DNA from: Candidatus Heimdallarchaeota archaeon
GTDB lineage: Archaea > Asgardarchaeota > Heimdallarchaeia > JABLTI01
Length of the DNA: 60,251 bases
NCBI GenBank assembly: GCA_019058275.1
Contig: JAHLVW010000051.1
Coordinates: forward strand, 1-60,251
Direction of reading: 5' to 3'
The first letter of the stretch is position 1. The number at the start of each line of letters is the position of its first letter. Below the pieces are notes generated by a model, which made no database searches, was not told the origin of the DNA, and saw nothing but the letters and a program-made list of their open reading frames with translations. Made by a program: the position numbers and the translations under genes. Below are positions 10,434-21,319 of the stretch, one piece after another.

Positions 10434-11261
10434 TTAATTTATTATTAATGTTGGTAATCTACTACTTTTTTCCTTAATTAGCGAAATAAATTCATTCACA
10501 TATTCATTTTCTATAACTAAACCATAATTTCTTCGAACTACTGGTTTGTCATTTGTTTTACCAAAAGGTGTTCTATTACTTATAGTATCTTTCCTATCAA
10601 GATTTATTTTTCTTAATAAACCTAAGAAATCATCATCAATGATAATTCCAAAACCATTTGTAAAAAAGATATTCTCCAACCACAAACAAATATCTCGATT
10701 CAAAATGAGCTCTCTCTTTCTATTATTATTCAGTCTGATTTCTTTTTTGGTTGAATCGATAATTAATTCCTGTTTTGAATTTTTGTGATATGAACTTAAA
10801 TCCTTTATCCATGAACCATCACTATGGGTTCCATTTTTTCTATGTTTGTATCCAATAAGTTGCTTATAATCATCAAGAATTGGTTCTACAAGTAATGGTT
10901 AATCTTTACCTGTAATTAAGCAGTTATATTTTTCTCTATTTTGACTTGTTGATTTGATTTTATCCCAAGCACCTTTATAAGTTGTTAGTTCATTAATCCT
11001 TCCAGACCAAATAATCCTTCTTGGTAATCCTTTACTTGTCGAGTTTATCCCTACAAGATAAATTTCATCTTTGATAAGCAAATTTTCTTCTTGTAAAATT
11101 GCTGATTTCAAAAATTCTTTATACAATCTTTGTCTTATTTTTGCTATGCAAGGTCCGAAAAATATCTCCTTTTCATTAATTTTCTTTGGAACAGGACAGC
11201 AAATATGATTTGGAGAATGGTTAGCAAGTGGACCTAATGAATACAAGTATATCCTTTTCAT
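10434..11261 (-). pseudogene. Nmad2-like (nucleotide-modification-associated domain) gene with in-frame TAA (10899-10901)
   Basis: ORFs 10899-11261 and 10434-10703 share a frame with no other stop between them (...ITGKD*PLLVEP...GYKHRK...WIKDL...). IYLYSL...SPN...FGPCIAKIR...YLVG...IIWSG pattern resembles Nmad2. Confidence 0.55.
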
Positions 11262-11348
11262 AATAATCTCCTTTAATCATTCAATTTGTTTGTATTTATC
11301 ACTACCCTATACTTAATTGGGGTCAAACTCATTCCATTATTTTCTTGT

Positions 11349-11573
11349 ATGAGTAGTCATCACACCTACATTCCCTGGTTTCCTAGTGATAAGGGTGAAG
11401 ATCCTTCTCTGTGGAGAAAGGAAGTCCTTGAAATGATGCGTACCCAGAGACTTTGCTCTCACTGTGGTCAGTTCCATCTCTTTCTCTTTGCTAAGAAGGA
11501 GCCTTACTACATTCACCTTTCCTGTCCTAATTGTCAGACTGTCCTTAAGCTTCCTCGAGAACGAAATCGATAG
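11349..11573 (+). CDS. Small zinc-ribbon protein, copy 1 (C-terminus probably truncated by a 1-nt deletion)
   Basis: CSHC...CPNC; 54/74 aa identical to 58108-58365; start set at ATG 11349 by homology. Confidence 0.8.
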   Translation: MSSHHTYIPWFPSDKGEDPSLWRKEVLEMMRTQRLCSHCGQFHLFLFAKKEPYYIHLSCPNCQTVLKLPRERNR

Positions 11574-11664
11574 TAATTAAATGGATAAAATTGAAGTTGA
11601 GATAAAATGATAGTAATTATTTTAATATAATTCTAAAGACAATCAAGCATTCCAATAGGTATGT

Positions 11665-12630
11665 TTACTTATTATCCTTTTTTGATAATAAATGTTTAAT
11701 TTCATTAAGCTCCTTTTTCAGACCATTATTTTGTTTCGATATTTTATCAAGTGAATCTTCCAAAGCCTTATCTTGAACATCTAGATTACTTATAACTCTA
11801 TCAAGAACTAAATAAGTTACAATTGCGGAAATGGGAAAGGTTATTCCTAAATCAAAGAAAATATCCGTTGCAAAGATTCTCCTTCTACTATTTTTGGTAG
11901 TGAAGTCCAAATCAAATCTTGTATGTAAATTTATTTCATTTGTTTGAGGATACTCCCATTGATGATAGAAATCTGAACTTACTTTTTGAAAATTGTTTAT
12001 ACTATGAAAGTTAACATTCGTTTCAGAAATTTGCATTCCTTTTTCTGTGTAATTATCTAACCATACACTTTGATCCACATTAACCGTATTATTTAGTTGC
12101 GTATCATTAAAACTTGTTATGAATGATTCCAAACTTAAACTATAGATTTCAGTATTTGGATGCTTGATTGCATTTGATATATATAATGTAAATCGAAAAC
12201 GGTTTTGACTAATTATGTTCTTATACCATATAATTTCAAAAAACCTGCCTGTATTAGTGAAGTTGACACCATTAGCATTGATTGGTTCTGATTTAGTATC
12301 TAAATAAAGATGCTTAGGGAGCCAATTATTAACCCAAAATGTTACATTGTTGTAAAGGAATAGTTCTATGGAAAATGGACAATCATTTATATTTTCCCCA
12401 TTTTGGATTATTTCTTGATGTGTTAGTTTTTTTGTGAAATCAATGTTATAATTTATTCGTGCATAAACAGTTCCATTATTCAAATCATTATGAAAGAAAA
12501 TCTCAATCTCTTCTCTTTCATTGGTATTAACAAATGTACATGTTGACCAAATTATCCAAAAAATACCAGTAATTATTCCTACAAAAATAATGAATTTGAT
12601 AATCCTCTTCCCAATCATCCTAAAAGTCAA
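11665..12630 (-). CDS. Membrane protein with Asn-rich extracellular domain and C-terminal coiled coil
   Basis: N- and C-terminal hydrophobic helices; many NxS/T sequons. Confidence 0.6.
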   Translation of the reverse strand: MTFRMIGKRIIKFIIFVGIITGIFWIIWSTCTFVNTNEREEIEIFFHNDLNNGTVYARINYNIDFTKKLTHQEIIQNGENINDCPFSIELFLYNNVTFWVNNWLPKHLYLDTKSEPINANGVNFTNTGRFFEIIWYKNIISQNRFRFTLYISNAIKHPNTEIYSLSLESFITSFNDTQLNNTVNVDQSVWLDNYTEKGMQISETNVNFHSINNFQKVSSDFYHQWEYPQTNEINLHTRFDLDFTTKNSRRRIFATDIFFDLGITFPISAIVTYLVLDRVISNLDVQDKALEDSLDKISKQNNGLKKELNEIKHLLSKKDNK

Positions 12631-12783
12631 TGTTTTATGTAGTATTCTACTATATAAATGTATTAAATTGATATAATTATATAGTTGATAAAAGGGATGA
12701 TTACTTTCGTCTACCTCTTAGCTTTGTCTTTATATGTTTAAATCCATAATTATGGTTTATTAGCAATTTAGAGGGGGCATATT

Positions 12784-13323
12784 TTGATGAGAAAAAAAGC
12801 ATTAATCGTGTCAATCTTACTTGTTACTGTTATAGTGAATACAATAGAAATTCCACATCTTAACGGAATATATTTCGAGGGAAAAAGTTACATTGGATCA
12901 GGTTGGCAAGAACGAGAAGCTCGTAGGAATGAAGTATCAACTAAACCATTTATTACTAACATCACAGCGTTATTAGATAACAGGACACTTATTGCTAAAA
13001 ACATACTCTGGGAAATATATGACTATCGAGGAAATTATCATCAACTTTGGAATAAGACAATAGATTTCACAAGAGGTTACAATGATAATAATATTTTATA
13101 CTATAATGTTCATGTCTGGATTGAGGAAGATATTGACTTCAGAATTGATGTCCGATTTTTAATGGTAATTGGTGCAATGACACCTATACTTACAATTCCT
13201 AATATTGATACAAAATCACCAACTGCAAATGGTATAATTAACTTCTCTTTGCTAGCACTAGTTTCAATTGTTTTCCTAGTTTCAGTTTTTTATCTGAGAA
13301 ACAATAGGAAAAGAACTCAATGA
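12784..13323 (+). CDS. Secreted/membrane-anchored hypothetical protein
   Basis: Signal-like N-terminus; C-terminal TM followed by basic tail. Confidence 0.55.
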   Translation: MMRKKALIVSILLVTVIVNTIEIPHLNGIYFEGKSYIGSGWQEREARRNEVSTKPFITNITALLDNRTLIAKNILWEIYDYRGNYHQLWNKTIDFTRGYNDNNILYYNVHVWIEEDIDFRIDVRFLMVIGAMTPILTIPNIDTKSPTANGIINFSLLALVSIVFLVSVFYLRNNRKRTQ

Positions 13324-15041
13324 TAGGTATTAAGGTAGTAAATGGAGTTTATTATTATGAAAAATCAATAAGTATGGTTTGTGTTTCAAGTATCTTTACA
13401 ATTCTCTTACTGTTACTAATGAACGGTAGTTTTATCTCAATAGGTTCTATACAAAGGGAATCATCTTATTCATCTAATTTTAACAAAAATTCAGTTTCTA
13501 AAAGAGAATGGACAATTATGGCTTATCTATGTGGAGATAATAATCTAGAAAAATATGCTATAGAAACTATTAATGATATGGAAATGGGTTATGTAGAGAA
13601 TGAATACATATCCATAATTGTTATGATTGATCGAAGTGATGAATATGATGAATCTATTGGTAATTGGACTGGTGCCAGATACTATCAAATTAGACATGAT
13701 GAATCACATGAAATAAAATCAACTCTACTTCTTGATTTGGGAGAACAAGATATGGCTGAGCATTCAGTTTTAAGAAAATTTATTGGATATTGTTTCGCAA
13801 ATTATTCTGCAAATAAGTACATGTTAGCTTTCTTTGATCATGGTGGTGGGATATCAGGTGCTATGGAAGACAATTCTCGTTTGTTTAGTATCTATGAAAT
13901 CAAATCAGCTATTCATTTGAGTGAAGATGAATATTCAACAAAAATTGATATTATATCATTTTTAGCTTGTACTATGAATACAATCGAGGTAGCCTATGAA
14001 TTTCAGGATGTGGCAGATTACTATATTGCTGAGCAAAATACTGGTTGGGGTGAAGGAATTGATTGGGATTTACTAATCAAAAGAATTTTAGATAATCCCT
14101 TTACATAACCAATAACCTTTTCTGAAATATTCATAGAAGTTTTCTCAATATCAAGAATTAGTCTTAAATTGCCAACAACTTGCTCAGTTATTGATCTAAA
14201 TAAATTAAAATATATTATATATGATATGAATAATTTTGCATTAAATCTTACTCAGATTACAAATATAGAATCTTTTTCTTTACTTACTGATGCTCTTTCT
14301 AAAACATGTAAATTTGATGAACAATATATTGATCTAATCCATTTTATTAATTTAATATCCAATTCATTTGAAAATAATAGATATTCGAATCTAACGACAT
14401 CGATAGTAAATCTAAAGAATTATCTTAATGATGTAATTATTTTCAATTATTGTCATGATGTATTTGATAACAATGCCAATGGTATATCGATTTATTTGCC
14501 CTTTCCAAGAACAACTATTATACAATCTTATGATTCGCAGAATTTTGATTTTATAGATGATGCTTACTGGAAATTCTTTGTAAATACATTCAAGCAAGAT
14601 AATGATAGTGATGGACTAGCAGATTGGTTTGAATATAAATATAGTAAAAGCTTAAAGAATATGGATGAAGATAATGATATTGATAACGATGGATTAACAA
14701 ATATTTGGGAATATTGGTATGGATCCAATCCAAATATAATTGACACTGATTCTGATAAATTGGATGATTATACTGAGATAAAGAGGACAAATTCATATCC
14801 ATATTCCAATGACTCAGATTTAGATGGTTTTACTGATTGGGAAGAAGTAGTGATATACAAATCTGATCCAAAAGAATGGCAAGATACACCTTGTTTTAGA
14901 TGGTATCCCTTCCTTGTTCCTATAACTACATCATTGATTTTGATTCCAGTTTATGCTATTTTTTTCAGAAGAAGAGAATTGAAGAAATCAAAACAACTGC
15001 CAACTAGAAATGAAATGGTAATTATGGTGGAAAAGATATAA
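13320..15041 (+). pseudogene. Clostripain-family (C11) cysteine protease with Ca-binding repeats and TM anchor; in-frame TAA at 14106-14108
   Basis: WTIMAYLCGDNNLE, FFDHGGG, FLACTM motifs; frame continues DNPFT*PITF...TCSVIDL; DxDxDG repeats; C-terminal TM + RRR. Confidence 0.8.
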
Positions 15042-15127
15042 CGAAATTTTATTTATTCAAAAGATGATTTAATTATATTTATAGATAGGTATGTATTATT
15101 CAATATAGAATTATCAGGAAAAAGAAT

Positions 15128-15988
15128 ATGAGACTATTAGAGAATTTGGAAGCTTATAATCGGAGGGAAGCTATTGATAGATTAATTATAACTCCAATAT
15201 TTGCAAGTGTTATTATTGTCTTGTCTTTATTGTTGGAGTTTATTAATAATCAAGACACAAGAGCATTTACTTATGTTGTTTCTGGTTTCTTTTTAATTCC
15301 TTTATGGTCATTGCTTAAAGAACTCATTTATCGAATTAGGAGAAATAGAATTAACAAACTGGTGGCTAATAAGGAATTTGATAAGTTATTTAATAAGCTT
15401 GGAAAACCACCTGCTGCACATTATATTACACAAGCATTTTTAGAAACAGATGATGTAAACATAATTAACCAGTTACTTAGTATTACAATAAATGATGACA
15501 ATGAAAATAGACGAGCTCACGCTGTTATAGCATTAAGTTTACATGGTGAAAAAGCAAAGCATACTATTAACGATTTACATGAAGTTTTTAACACAGAGAA
15601 AAATGATTATCTTAAACACTATATTGCATGGGGTTTATTACTTATAGAAGGAATAGGTAGTTCTGCCTTTGATTATATTAATAAAATATATGAAAAGGGA
15701 GATTTAACTGGATATATAAAAGATGAATCATTAGCCTTTATGATTGAAATTATACTATCGGAAAGAAGAAAGAGACTCTTAAATTATGAGTTCATTGAAG
15801 TTCAGACAAATCAAGATCAAGATGCTATGATGACTGAAATATTGTCTTATTCAAGAACAACAACATCGATTATACACAAATTGAAAGGTTCATGGAGGCA
15901 AAAGATTGTTGAGCATATTATTTCTGCTGTTATTGGTTATGGAGTTGGTAGGTTTATTGAATTCCTAATCCAATTCCTATCAAGTTAA
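15128..15988 (+). CDS. Membrane protein with HEAT-like repeats
   Basis: Two N-terminal TMs; NRRAHAVIALS and LKHYIAWGL HEAT-like helices. Confidence 0.55.
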   Translation: MRLLENLEAYNRREAIDRLIITPIFASVIIVLSLLLEFINNQDTRAFTYVVSGFFLIPLWSLLKELIYRIRRNRINKLVANKEFDKLFNKLGKPPAAHYITQAFLETDDVNIINQLLSITINDDNENRRAHAVIALSLHGEKAKHTINDLHEVFNTEKNDYLKHYIAWGLLLIEGIGSSAFDYINKIYEKGDLTGYIKDESLAFMIEIILSERRKRLLNYEFIEVQTNQDQDAMMTEILSYSRTTTSIIHKLKGSWRQKIVEHIISAVIGYGVGRFIEFLIQFLSS

Positions 15989-16335
15989 AACTACAGATTA
16001 TTTTATTTTTAATCAAACCAGATTTGAAATAAATGAAAAATAGAATTTTACACAATGAGATTTAGGGATCCTGAATAAAAATCGTCTAGTTAAATCCAAG
16101 GGACAATACTTATCTGATTTTTCATTGTGTAGAACCTCATGGGTCCACTAATAAGTTCTAAATATTCCTTAAAAACTCCTACATTTTTTCAGAGTAATTT
16201 TTCTTTCTGTGATATTCTTCCGACAAAAATACTTTCGGTTGAGAGTAGGACGTAGACCTTCTAGGGTAGCAGAAATTTTCAGTCGAGTCTCAGACTTGAG
16301 GTAAATGCCATTTCCCTTTACCCCCCAAGCCATCC

Positions 16336-16602
16336 TTGAGTGTGAATGTTCCTATGCTAAACGAACCTGTTTTTGATAAAGACCTGCTTGTTGAATGGTG
16401 TCGACAAGCAAAGGAAGAATGTAAAACCCCTCACTGGTGTCCTCAGTGTGGCATTCTTGTTGAGCTCATTCTTCGTGATCATAAACACTACCAGAATTTC
16501 TACGCTTGTAAAAGGTGCGGTGAGTTGCTCTTTACCAAGATTACCTTTGCTGCTCTTGCTAATCGAGGGTACAAACCTAATAGATTGACAAAGAAAATCT
16601 AG
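16336..16602 (+). CDS. Small zinc-ribbon protein, divergent copy 3
   Basis: CPQC...CKRC with W/E/T/C/C/G/Y/C/C/L spacing identical to copies 1 and 2. Confidence 0.65.
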   Translation: MSVNVPMLNEPVFDKDLLVEWCRQAKEECKTPHWCPQCGILVELILRDHKHYQNFYACKRCGELLFTKITFAALANRGYKPNRLTKKI

Positions 16603-16910
16603 AAATCAGCTATAATAATCGACATTAATAAATTAAGTTTTACTACCTTCGTTTTCATTATAAATCATATTTACGATGTTAATAGTGAGTTACAAATTAA
16701 TAGCATAAATGCGTCGCTTTTCTTACGATATGCGATATGTTGATTTTTTTACTAGATGACTTGAGAGAGGAGAGACGATAGGTTACTTAATTAAAGTCCA
16801 TAATTTAACCATCATTAGAAGTCAATTAGTGGGGAAAGATTAATCAATCAAAATTAGTTAATGAATTGAGTAGAAAACTAACCAACGATTTCCAACTATG
16901 AAGTGATGAG

Positions 16911-17672
16911 ATGAATTGGATTAATATCTTATGGATTATTCTAGCTTGTGTAGGAGCGTTTTTGCTAGGGTCTATCCCTTGGTCAGTTTGGTTGGGAATA
17001 TTATTTACGGGCAAGGATTTACGAGAGTATAATATTGGCAATCCTGGCGGGTTTAATGCTATGATTACTTTTGGACCCTTACTAGGGTATACCATTACCT
17101 TTGCAGATATTGGTAAAGGAACTTTAACCATTGCATTAATTGATCAAATATTTTCACTAAGTTATTTCATGGATGATTCTATGTACTGGCATTTTGCAGC
17201 GGTCATTCTTGGACCAGTTTGTTGTATATTAGGTCACAATTATACTCCCTGGTTAAAATTTCAAGGTGGTAGAGGTATGGGAGTAATCATAGGAACCCTT
17301 CTCTACATCAATCCACTCATATACTGGACTTATATGTTAACAACAGCAGTACTAACACAAGGACTAAAATTGCCCTCAAGACTCACTAGCATTCTTACAG
17401 GAGTCTTAGCAATACCAGCAGCATTCTTTATGCCTTTAGCACCACCCTGGACTTTTGTTCATGGAAGCCTTATTGTTGCATCAGGAATTGTTTTTCTTAC
17501 ACAAGGACTACTAACACTATGTATGTGGATAGCAATCCTCCAAAGAAACTGGTCAGGAGTAGTACATGCTTTCTCTGGTAAAGAATGGAGTTTCTCTGCT
17601 CTTGACGGTCAGAAAATTAGCGATGACTTTGAAACCAAAAAGGAAGCTATAGAAGCAAAGGAAAAGTCATAA
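16911..17672 (+). CDS. plsY: Glycerol-3-phosphate acyltransferase PlsY family
   Basis: FLLGSIP, DLREYNIGNPGGFNA, DIGKG, LGHNYTPWLKFQGGRG motifs; multiple TMs. Confidence 0.85.
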   Translation: MNWINILWIILACVGAFLLGSIPWSVWLGILFTGKDLREYNIGNPGGFNAMITFGPLLGYTITFADIGKGTLTIALIDQIFSLSYFMDDSMYWHFAAVILGPVCCILGHNYTPWLKFQGGRGMGVIIGTLLYINPLIYWTYMLTTAVLTQGLKLPSRLTSILTGVLAIPAAFFMPLAPPWTFVHGSLIVASGIVFLTQGLLTLCMWIAILQRNWSGVVHAFSGKEWSFSALDGQKISDDFETKKEAIEAKEKS

Positions 17673-17750
17673 TATACAAATGACTTTTCATCATTATTTC
17701 TAATTTTTGATGGAAAAGAGAAATAAGAGTGAATGGAATGATAAAGTAAT

Positions 17751-18044
17751 ATGTCAGAACGTTCAGAAGAAGAAATGCTGATTTTTAAGCTAAATAACCA
17801 GAAGGATACTCTCAAGCTGCTAATCTTATTATGGAATAGAGAAAAAATGTACGGATCAAAAATACGCAGACTAGGAATGAATGACCGGACATTAATAAAA
17901 GTGAGAGAAGTTCTAACAGGTTTTGAGTTAGTAAAACTAACCTCTATAGAGGGTTCTAGAAGATTATACTACGAGTTAACTCCGAAAGGAAAACGAGTAG
18001 TTGAGAAGCTAGTTGACATAGAAAGAATACTTCTGACAGATTAA
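17751..18044 (+). CDS. Winged-helix transcriptional regulator
   Basis: C-terminal wing RRLYYELTPKGKRV. Confidence 0.7.
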   Translation: MSERSEEEMLIFKLNNQKDTLKLLILLWNREKMYGSKIRRLGMNDRTLIKVREVLTGFELVKLTSIEGSRRLYYELTPKGKRVVEKLVDIERILLTD

Positions 18045-18078
18045 TGAATAAACTTCTATTGTTATTAATTCAACATAG

Positions 18079-18513
18079 TTGTGGGATTTTGTTATGAGAT
18101 ATGCAGTAGATAGTATCCTATATCAAAATGACAAGATAGTACTAATAAAAAGAGCAGGGAGAACATTCCATGACTACTGGGCTCTGCCAGGAGGGAGCTT
18201 AGATGAAGGAGAGACAGTAGAAAAAGCATTGAAAAGAGAGATGTTAGAAGAACTAAATGTAAATGTTCAACCTTTAGAAATATTAGGTGTCTATTCCGAA
18301 CCTGATAGAGATCCTCGAGGTCATGTAATATCGGTAGTCTTTATATGCAGTTATGATGGTAATCCAGAAGCTGGAGATGATGCTGCGGAATATAGTGAAT
18401 TTAGTTTAACAGAAGCTCTTGAGTTGGAACTAGCTTTTGATCACAAGAAGATACTACAAGATTTTAAAAAATGGTTAAAAAAGAAAGAAACTTTCTGGTC
18501 AAATAAAAAATAA
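18079..18513 (+). CDS. NUDIX hydrolase (ADP-ribose pyrophosphatase-like)
   Basis: WALPGG...GETVEKALKREMLEE Nudix box; YSEPDRDPR, GDDA, LAFDH. Confidence 0.9.
   Translation: MWDFVMRYAVDSILYQNDKIVLIKRAGRTFHDYWALPGGSLDEGETVEKALKREMLEELNVNVQPLEILGVYSEPDRDPRGHVISVVFICSYDGNPEAGDDAAEYSEFSLTEALELELAFDHKKILQDFKKWLKKKETFWSNKK
18457..18513 (+). repeat. Direct repeat copy 1 (NUDIX 3' end)
   Basis: 31 nt identical to 20256-20286; similarity continues to the stop codon. Confidence 0.85.
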
Positions 18514-18558
18514 AAAAAAAGAGTTGATATGATCTATCAATTCTTTCTATCTCTAGAT

Positions 18559-18711
18559 CTAAAATCTTTGAATTTTTTTTCTGTTACAATAAAAACAGAA
18601 TTGAGGTTTGTCAGGATCTAGAATGTTTTGTTTGTCTATTTTTGTTCCACACTCTACACAGATCATATCTATGTCATTGTTGAATAAATAGACTGGTTCT
18701 ACATTATTCAT
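18559..18711 (-). CDS. Small zinc-finger protein (50 aa), absent from ORF track
   Basis: MNNVEPVYLFNNDIDMICVECGTKIDKQNILDPDKPQFCFYCNRKKIQRF*; two CxxC; GGTGA SD 6 nt before ATG. Confidence 0.65.
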   Translation of the reverse strand: MNNVEPVYLFNNDIDMICVECGTKIDKQNILDPDKPQFCFYCNRKKIQRF

Positions 18712-19209
18712 TAATATTCACCAAAAGTTACTCACCTCGTATTCAATGAAGCATACAAATAGGATTGGTATTTGACAATATGACGAAACCGTTAACCAAA
18801 GTGTGGGTCACATACTACATGAATAATCAGGAAGCGAACTTTTTTTTAAACCCAATTTATATATTAAAGGTCGACTTTTCTTCAAGTATAATATCTCAAG
18901 AGTCTATTTAAACTCTTGTGCAAGTCATTTATAAAGTATATAAATGTTTTAAAAGATTAAACGCTAAATGATTAATTTAATAAAAAATATTTTCAAATAA
19001 ATAATCTATTAAAAGAAATTATCTAAATCAGACTTGTACATTATGGTTAATTTTAATAAAAAAACTTTATTCTAAACAAGAGTAATAAGTAATACTTTGT
19101 TTAAAGACAAAATTACCTAGAAAATGAAAGAAGCGTTAAAAAAATTTTATATCTGATAATGCGATTATCATTAATGTAGCTTTTAATTAAAAAAGCGGAG
19201 TTTATTAAA

Positions 19210-20049
19210 ATGGGGAAAAAAATAATTTCATTTTTAGTTATTCTAGGTTTAGTTAGTATTACTTTAACCTATAATACAATGAATGTATCAGCTCTACCAA
19301 GTCCGGATTATATCATTGATGACTTTAGTGGCTTTTCAAGTTACTATGATACAGATCTTGTGAATAGTACATTAAGTGAATCAGAAATTAATTTGGTTCA
19401 TAATAATGAAGAGGGTGAAACTGCTCGGGAAATATTCTTCAATGGTTTTGGTGAAATTGATGATTATTATGATTTTAATCTAGAGCTTTCAATTAATTAT
19501 ATCTATACAGGTTCTATGCTAACGCAAGTAAGTTTGATGTTAGGTAGTTATTATTTTGAGGATGGAACTTATGATGAAGAAACTCTAAGTGGATATAGAG
19601 ATATTTGCACTTGTGGTATTTTTGATGCTTAGTCAGCTAAAGTAGGAAAATACTATGTAAATGCACAACATGGGATAATAGAGCAATTTGATACACCTTC
19701 TGGTACTCTTTCACCTTCAGGCACTCTCCAATTCAAAATAGCTAGAACAAATAATATATTAAATCTATGTATTCTAAAAAGTGGTGTAATTCAAATTCAA
19801 CATCAATGGACAAAGGGCGTGTCAAGACCCTTAAGCTACCTCTATCTTGCTATGAGCATTGATCCAAATTACTGTACCTACACCGAAGTAACCTTTACAT
19901 TAATACTTGGAGAATTATATGCTGATTCAACTGATAGTGGTTCGATACCTCCTACAGTATCACTCGGTTTAACAGGTAATGTTATCTGTTTATTTGTTAT
20001 TTTTAATCTTAGTGTGATTCTATATGTGAGAAAAACGAGAAAGTATTAA
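19210..20049 (+). pseudogene. Secreted, C-terminally anchored protein with in-frame TAG (19630-19632)
   Basis: Signal peptide; frame continues IFDA*SAKVGKYYV... into 19819-20049; C-terminal TM + basic tail. Confidence 0.75.
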
Positions 20050-20255
20050 TTAAAATTATTGTTTTTCTCTTTTGTTACTTTTTTTTCTGATTTTCAAATT
20101 CCATACTGTTGTTTTTTATTTATTAATTCGAGATACTAGTAATGCTATATGTGAAATCTTTTGACAGAAATTGAATTTAATAAGAAATAATAAGTGATGA
20201 TATTCCAGTTATTTTGCATCTATGTGTTAGAGCTTTTTTGAATTATTGGAAATTT

Positions 20256-20312
20256 CAAGATTTTAAAAAATGGTTAAAAAAGAAAGGAACCTTATGGTCA
20301 ACAAAGAAATGA
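20256..20312 (+). repeat. Direct repeat copy 2 (displaced NUDIX 3' end)
   Basis: Encodes QDFKKWLKKKGTLWSTKK* versus QDFKKWLKKKETFWSNKK* in the gene. Confidence 0.85.
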
Positions 20313-20322
20313 AGGGAAAAAA

Positions 20323-20811
20323 GTGACTGAAATAGAAATCCGTGAGTTAAAAGAAGAAGATATAGTCCCTTGTGCAGAAATGACAATAAAATCATTTCCA
20401 TGGACAGCCTTCGGATTAAAAATGGAAAGAGCAAAGAAATTCTTCAAAGATAGATTAGGAATAGAGTTAATTTTTGTAGCAGTTCATCAAAATGAACCAG
20501 TTGGATACATTACCATTAAAAGAGACATTATGTTTGCAAATTATATAAGAAGAATGGTAGTAAGGGAAGACATGAGAAGTAAAGGAATAAAGGCGAAACT
20601 AATGAGATATGTAGAAGAGCTAGCATACTCGAGTGGATTGCAAAACGTTTTCCTATTAACAACAACGACGAATGTAAAAGCAATAAAATTCTATTTAGAA
20701 AATGGTTATCAAATAGTAGGGAAAATACAGGATTTTGTCAAAAGAGGAATGGATGAGTACATTCTATGGAAATCAAAGGGAACGGTAGATGATTTTAAAC
20801 TATATGATTAG
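20323..20811 (+). CDS. GNAT-family N-acetyltransferase
   Basis: VVREDMRSKGI motif A; NVKAIKFYLENGY motif B. Confidence 0.85.
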   Translation: MTEIEIRELKEEDIVPCAEMTIKSFPWTAFGLKMERAKKFFKDRLGIELIFVAVHQNEPVGYITIKRDIMFANYIRRMVVREDMRSKGIKAKLMRYVEELAYSSGLQNVFLLTTTTNVKAIKFYLENGYQIVGKIQDFVKRGMDEYILWKSKGTVDDFKLYD

Positions 20812-21319
20812 CAATAATATTGACTGGAAATCTTTTGCCAAAAAAAGGATTTTTTGTAGAAAAATTTGGGAGAAAAATCTTTTTTATAGTACCGACAGAA
20901 AAGGATTAGTGTTAAGAGCAGAAAAAAGAAAAGTCTCCCCAAAATGAATGCAGCAATTTAAGCGCAGAGAGAGCGAAATGGTGGAGGACTGACTGAAGAA
21001 CGAGTTTGGGAAAAAAACGGAGACCAATTTTCAATTCAAATCCCAGCTCATTTCCTTCTAAAGAATAATCTGAAAAAAAGTATTTAAAAACCTCCTTTCT
21101 TGTCATTTACACACTTTTGAAACAAGTATACTTTCTGGGAATTGACATTTTGAAAAAAATGTTGAAAAATCCATGAAAAAACGAAAATTGTTAGGTTTAT
21201 ATAATCAAAACAAAATCAACCAGAAAAAGCTTGTTATGTGCGTTTTCTTTGCTAGTTTTTTCTTTTAATACCTATAACAATAATTTACTTTTGATAATTA
21301 TATGGAGACACAATGAAGA

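Noticed and set aside
20912-21106. 64-aa minus-strand ORF
   Set aside because: Phe/Leu-rich product of a purine-skewed intergenic tract; no motif
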